DNA of 50,412 nucleotides from a virus (lineage: Duplodnaviria; Caudoviricetes), in IMG/VR virus record IMGVR_UViG_3300049203_000028, positions 1 through 50,412 of that record. One strand, 5' to 3'. The notes beneath the pieces are model-generated. The model did not search any database and was not told the DNA's origin. It saw only the letters and a program-made list of their open reading frames with translations. The position numbers were made by a program, and so were the translations under genes. Positions 48,078 through 50,412 of the stretch are shown one piece after another. Each line of letters opens with the position of its first letter. Position 1 is the first letter of the stretch.

Positions 48078-48725
48078 ATGACAACCCCCACCGCATACGC
48101 CGATCCGGATTACTGGCAACCCGGATACGGCGAGGGGGAAAGCGGCGACCCGCCGTTCTCCCCGCTCGACACCGTCGCCAGCCAATACCGCAACAGTCCA
48201 ACGTTGCTGCAACTGGTCGCGAACTTTAAACAGTACGTCGACCCGTCGTTGAACTTCCAGAAGTTTTACGAATACGTATGGGATATTCGGTCGGCGCAGG
48301 GGTTCGGGCTCGACATCCTGGGGCGCATCGTCGGGACGTCGCGGCAAGTCACCGTGCCCGCAATCTACCCTGTGACCGTCGCCCCCGGCGTGCGCAATCT
48401 CACCGACGATCAGTTCCGCCCCGTCGCGCTCGCGAAGGCATTGTCGAACATCGTCGGCACGTCGTCGGCAGAAATCAACGGCGTGTTGCGCGCGCTGTTC
48501 GCCGACCGGGGGAACGCCTACGTCCAAGACCTGGGCGGCATGCGGATCAAGTACACTTTTCTATTTGAGTTGCAGCCTACTGAGTTTGCTATCATTCTCC
48601 AAAGCGGCGCGCTTTCGCATCCTGCCGGCGTGCAGACTGCGATATTAAGCGTGCAACCTTATTTCGGGTTCACTGAGGCGGACTCGTGGTCAACCTTCGG
48701 CGAAAACGTCTTCGCGGCGTACTGA
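48078..48725 (+). CDS. DUF2612 baseplate protein with N-terminal YxDxDYW extension
   Basis: SQYRNSP, AQGFGLDILGRIVG, LSHPAGV. Confidence 0.85.
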   Translation: MTTPTAYADPDYWQPGYGEGESGDPPFSPLDTVASQYRNSPTLLQLVANFKQYVDPSLNFQKFYEYVWDIRSAQGFGLDILGRIVGTSRQVTVPAIYPVTVAPGVRNLTDDQFRPVALAKALSNIVGTSSAEINGVLRALFADRGNAYVQDLGGMRIKYTFLFELQPTEFAIILQSGALSHPAGVQTAILSVQPYFGFTEADSWSTFGENVFAAY

Positions 48726-48726
48726 C

Positions 48727-49902
48727 ATGACGACACCACTCGTAAAGCCAACAACCATCGTCGAACCGTTTGCAAACAGCGGTTCGAAAAACACGATCCC
48801 CGTGACCGCGTCGCCGACTCCAGGTCGCGCGTCACTCGACACGGGGTTTCCGCCGCTGACCATGACGCCGGTTGCGCAAGGCGGCGTGCCTCCGTCCGGC
48901 CTGGACTTTAACGGCATCCTGAACTGGATCACGCAGCATACGACGTGGCTTAACGGTGGCGGGCAATACACGTTCGACGCATCGCTCGCCGCGTTCATTG
49001 GCGGGTATCCCGTTGGTATGGTCCTGCAGTCGAACGACGGCCTGTCGAGCTACGTCAACGTCCAGGCTGCGAACTCGACCGACTTCAACACGACGCCGTC
49101 ATCGATCGGCGTGTCGTGGTTGCCGTACGGCGGCGCGGCCGTTTCGTCCGACAGCATCGTCACCGTGAACACAACGGGCGGTACGACGACCCTGACCGGG
49201 GATCAAGCGTCAAAGCGAATCATCAAGGTCACGGGCGTGCTGACGAGCAATGCAAACATTATCGTGCCCAACACGTATTCGAAAAGCTGGATCGTACAGA
49301 ACGCAACGACCGGAGCATTTACGGTCAATGTCGCTCCGAGCGGCGGGACCAGCGTGCCCGTAAGTCAAGGTGGCGTCGATACGGTATTCAGCAACGGTAC
49401 GGCCATGTCGTATGGTCAGCTTGACGTCGTGACCCAAAGCCCCGGCAACAACACGACGAAGGCGTCGAGTACCGCGTTTGTTACTGCGGCAATTGCCGCC
49501 GCATTGGTCAACACCGCCCTGACCGGCGTCCCGACCGCACCGACCGCACCACAGAACACGAACAACACGCAGATCGCCACGACGGAATACGCCGACCGTT
49601 CCGCCGCTGCGATCGGTGCGGGAACGACCGCCCAATACAAAAACGCAGCGTTCACTGCGGGTCCGACCGGCGATTACTGGGTCGACACGTCGGCCGGCGC
49701 GTTCACCATGACGTTGCCCGACCCGCCGCTTACTCAAAACTGCATCCGTATTCAGGACATATACGGAACGTTTTCGGTGAACCCCCTGACTATCAACCCT
49801 GGGACTAAAACGGTCCTGGGAACATCGGGCAATCTGATTGCCGATATCGCCGGCCAGTCTTTTGAGATGTGGTACGACGGTTCTACGTGGAGGCTTGTAT
49901 AA
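48727..49902 (+). CDS. tail fibre protein
   Basis: PFANSGSKNTIP...GFPPLTMTP...GGVPP, IGGYP; LTGVPTAPTA fibre repeat; VDTSAGAFTMTLP. Confidence 0.88.
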   Translation: MTTPLVKPTTIVEPFANSGSKNTIPVTASPTPGRASLDTGFPPLTMTPVAQGGVPPSGLDFNGILNWITQHTTWLNGGGQYTFDASLAAFIGGYPVGMVLQSNDGLSSYVNVQAANSTDFNTTPSSIGVSWLPYGGAAVSSDSIVTVNTTGGTTTLTGDQASKRIIKVTGVLTSNANIIVPNTYSKSWIVQNATTGAFTVNVAPSGGTSVPVSQGGVDTVFSNGTAMSYGQLDVVTQSPGNNTTKASSTAFVTAAIAAALVNTALTGVPTAPTAPQNTNNTQIATTEYADRSAAAIGAGTTAQYKNAAFTAGPTGDYWVDTSAGAFTMTLPDPPLTQNCIRIQDIYGTFSVNPLTINPGTKTVLGTSGNLIADIAGQSFEMWYDGSTWRLV

Positions 49903-50412
49903 ATGAACATCAGTGACATCGTCGGGCGTACAGCCCTTAACAACGTTATCAACAACAACCCGCCAGCGGGTTTCCTGGGCTATTACGGAAAGGGTGGATA
50001 CCAAACGTTCGGCACGCCGGGCACGTCCACTTTCACCGTTCCGACCAACGTCACGCGAATTCGCGCACGTGTGGTCGGCGCTGGCGGTTCAGGGGGCTTC
50101 GGTAACAGCGGTGGTGGTGGCGGTGGTGGTGGCTTTGCCATGGGCGAATTTACCGTCACGCCGGGCCAAACGCTATCCGTAACCGTGGGTGCGGGCGGCG
50201 CAGGCGTGACGACCGGGAATGGCGCGGCGGGTGGCAGTTCGTCCCTAGCGGCATTGCTGTCCGCAACTGGCGGTGCTGGCGGCACTACGACGACGGGCGG
50301 TTCTGGCGGTACGGGCACGGGGGGCAACTGGCAGGCGGCAGGCGGGGCTGGAGGTTCGACCTTGGGCGGCGGCGGCGGTGCCGGTTCGCAACTCGGGCCG
50401 GGGGGTGCGGGT
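49903..50412 (+). CDS. glycine-rich tail fibre tip/adhesin-like protein, N-terminal part (runs off window end)
   Basis: ATG directly after the fibre stop; open to the end; FTVPTNVTRIRARVVGAGG...GGGGGGF...VTPGQTLSVTVGAGG. Confidence 0.85.
   Translation, partial: MNISDIVGRTALNNVINNNPPAGFLGYYGKGGYQTFGTPGTSTFTVPTNVTRIRARVVGAGGSGGFGNSGGGGGGGGFAMGEFTVTPGQTLSVTVGAGGAGVTTGNGAAGGSSSLAALLSATGGAGGTTTTGGSGGTGTGGNWQAAGGAGGSTLGGGGGAGSQLGPGGAG

Noticed and set aside
48727-50412. Diversity-generating retroelement or invertible tail fibre system
   Set aside because: No reverse transcriptase, invertase or template/variable repeat pair seen

Overview
The window looks like an essentially complete, circularly permuted genome of a GC-rich, apparently lytic contractile-tailed phage. 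Its structural module resembles Bcep781/Jedunavirus-type myoviruses (DUF1073 portal, DUF2213 protease, DUF2184 capsid, DUF3383 sheath, DUF2612). The host is probably a Proteobacterium (inference only). Layout: end of tail fibre genes and lysis cassette (1-2604, +); leftward replication operon with family B DNA polymerase, SSB-like protein and Cas4-like nuclease (2594-8319, -); rightward operon with helicase, VRR-NUC, ParB-like protein, C5 methyltransferase, TetR-like regulator and primase-helicase (8412-18188, +); leftward early region of small genes (18216-24403, -); an AT-rich inverted-repeat spacer; then packaging, head, neck, tail, baseplate and receptor-binding genes (24601-50412, +). The last gene continues into position 1. 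I saw no integrase, tRNA, rRNA or CRISPR array. The most notable observations: (1) the tail terminator is fused to a LamG-like tip and about nine 22-aa repeats, behind three inserted structural genes, suggesting a bead-chain neck fibre; (2) a two-polypeptide methyltransferase whose second subunit is nested out of frame with its own RBS; (3) a shared quasi-palindromic operator over the -35 box of four promoters, plus a site before the TetR-like gene; (4) a recurrent [LVIM]-A-[MQ]-D motif across head proteins, a candidate maturation site; (5) a ~30-aa GWTD module shared by three proteins; (6) a lysis-cassette membrane protein with an internal pilin-like G|F site and lipobox; (7) two 71-bp promoter and stem-loop repeats in the early region. 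All family assignments come from motif recognition by eye; no searches were run.
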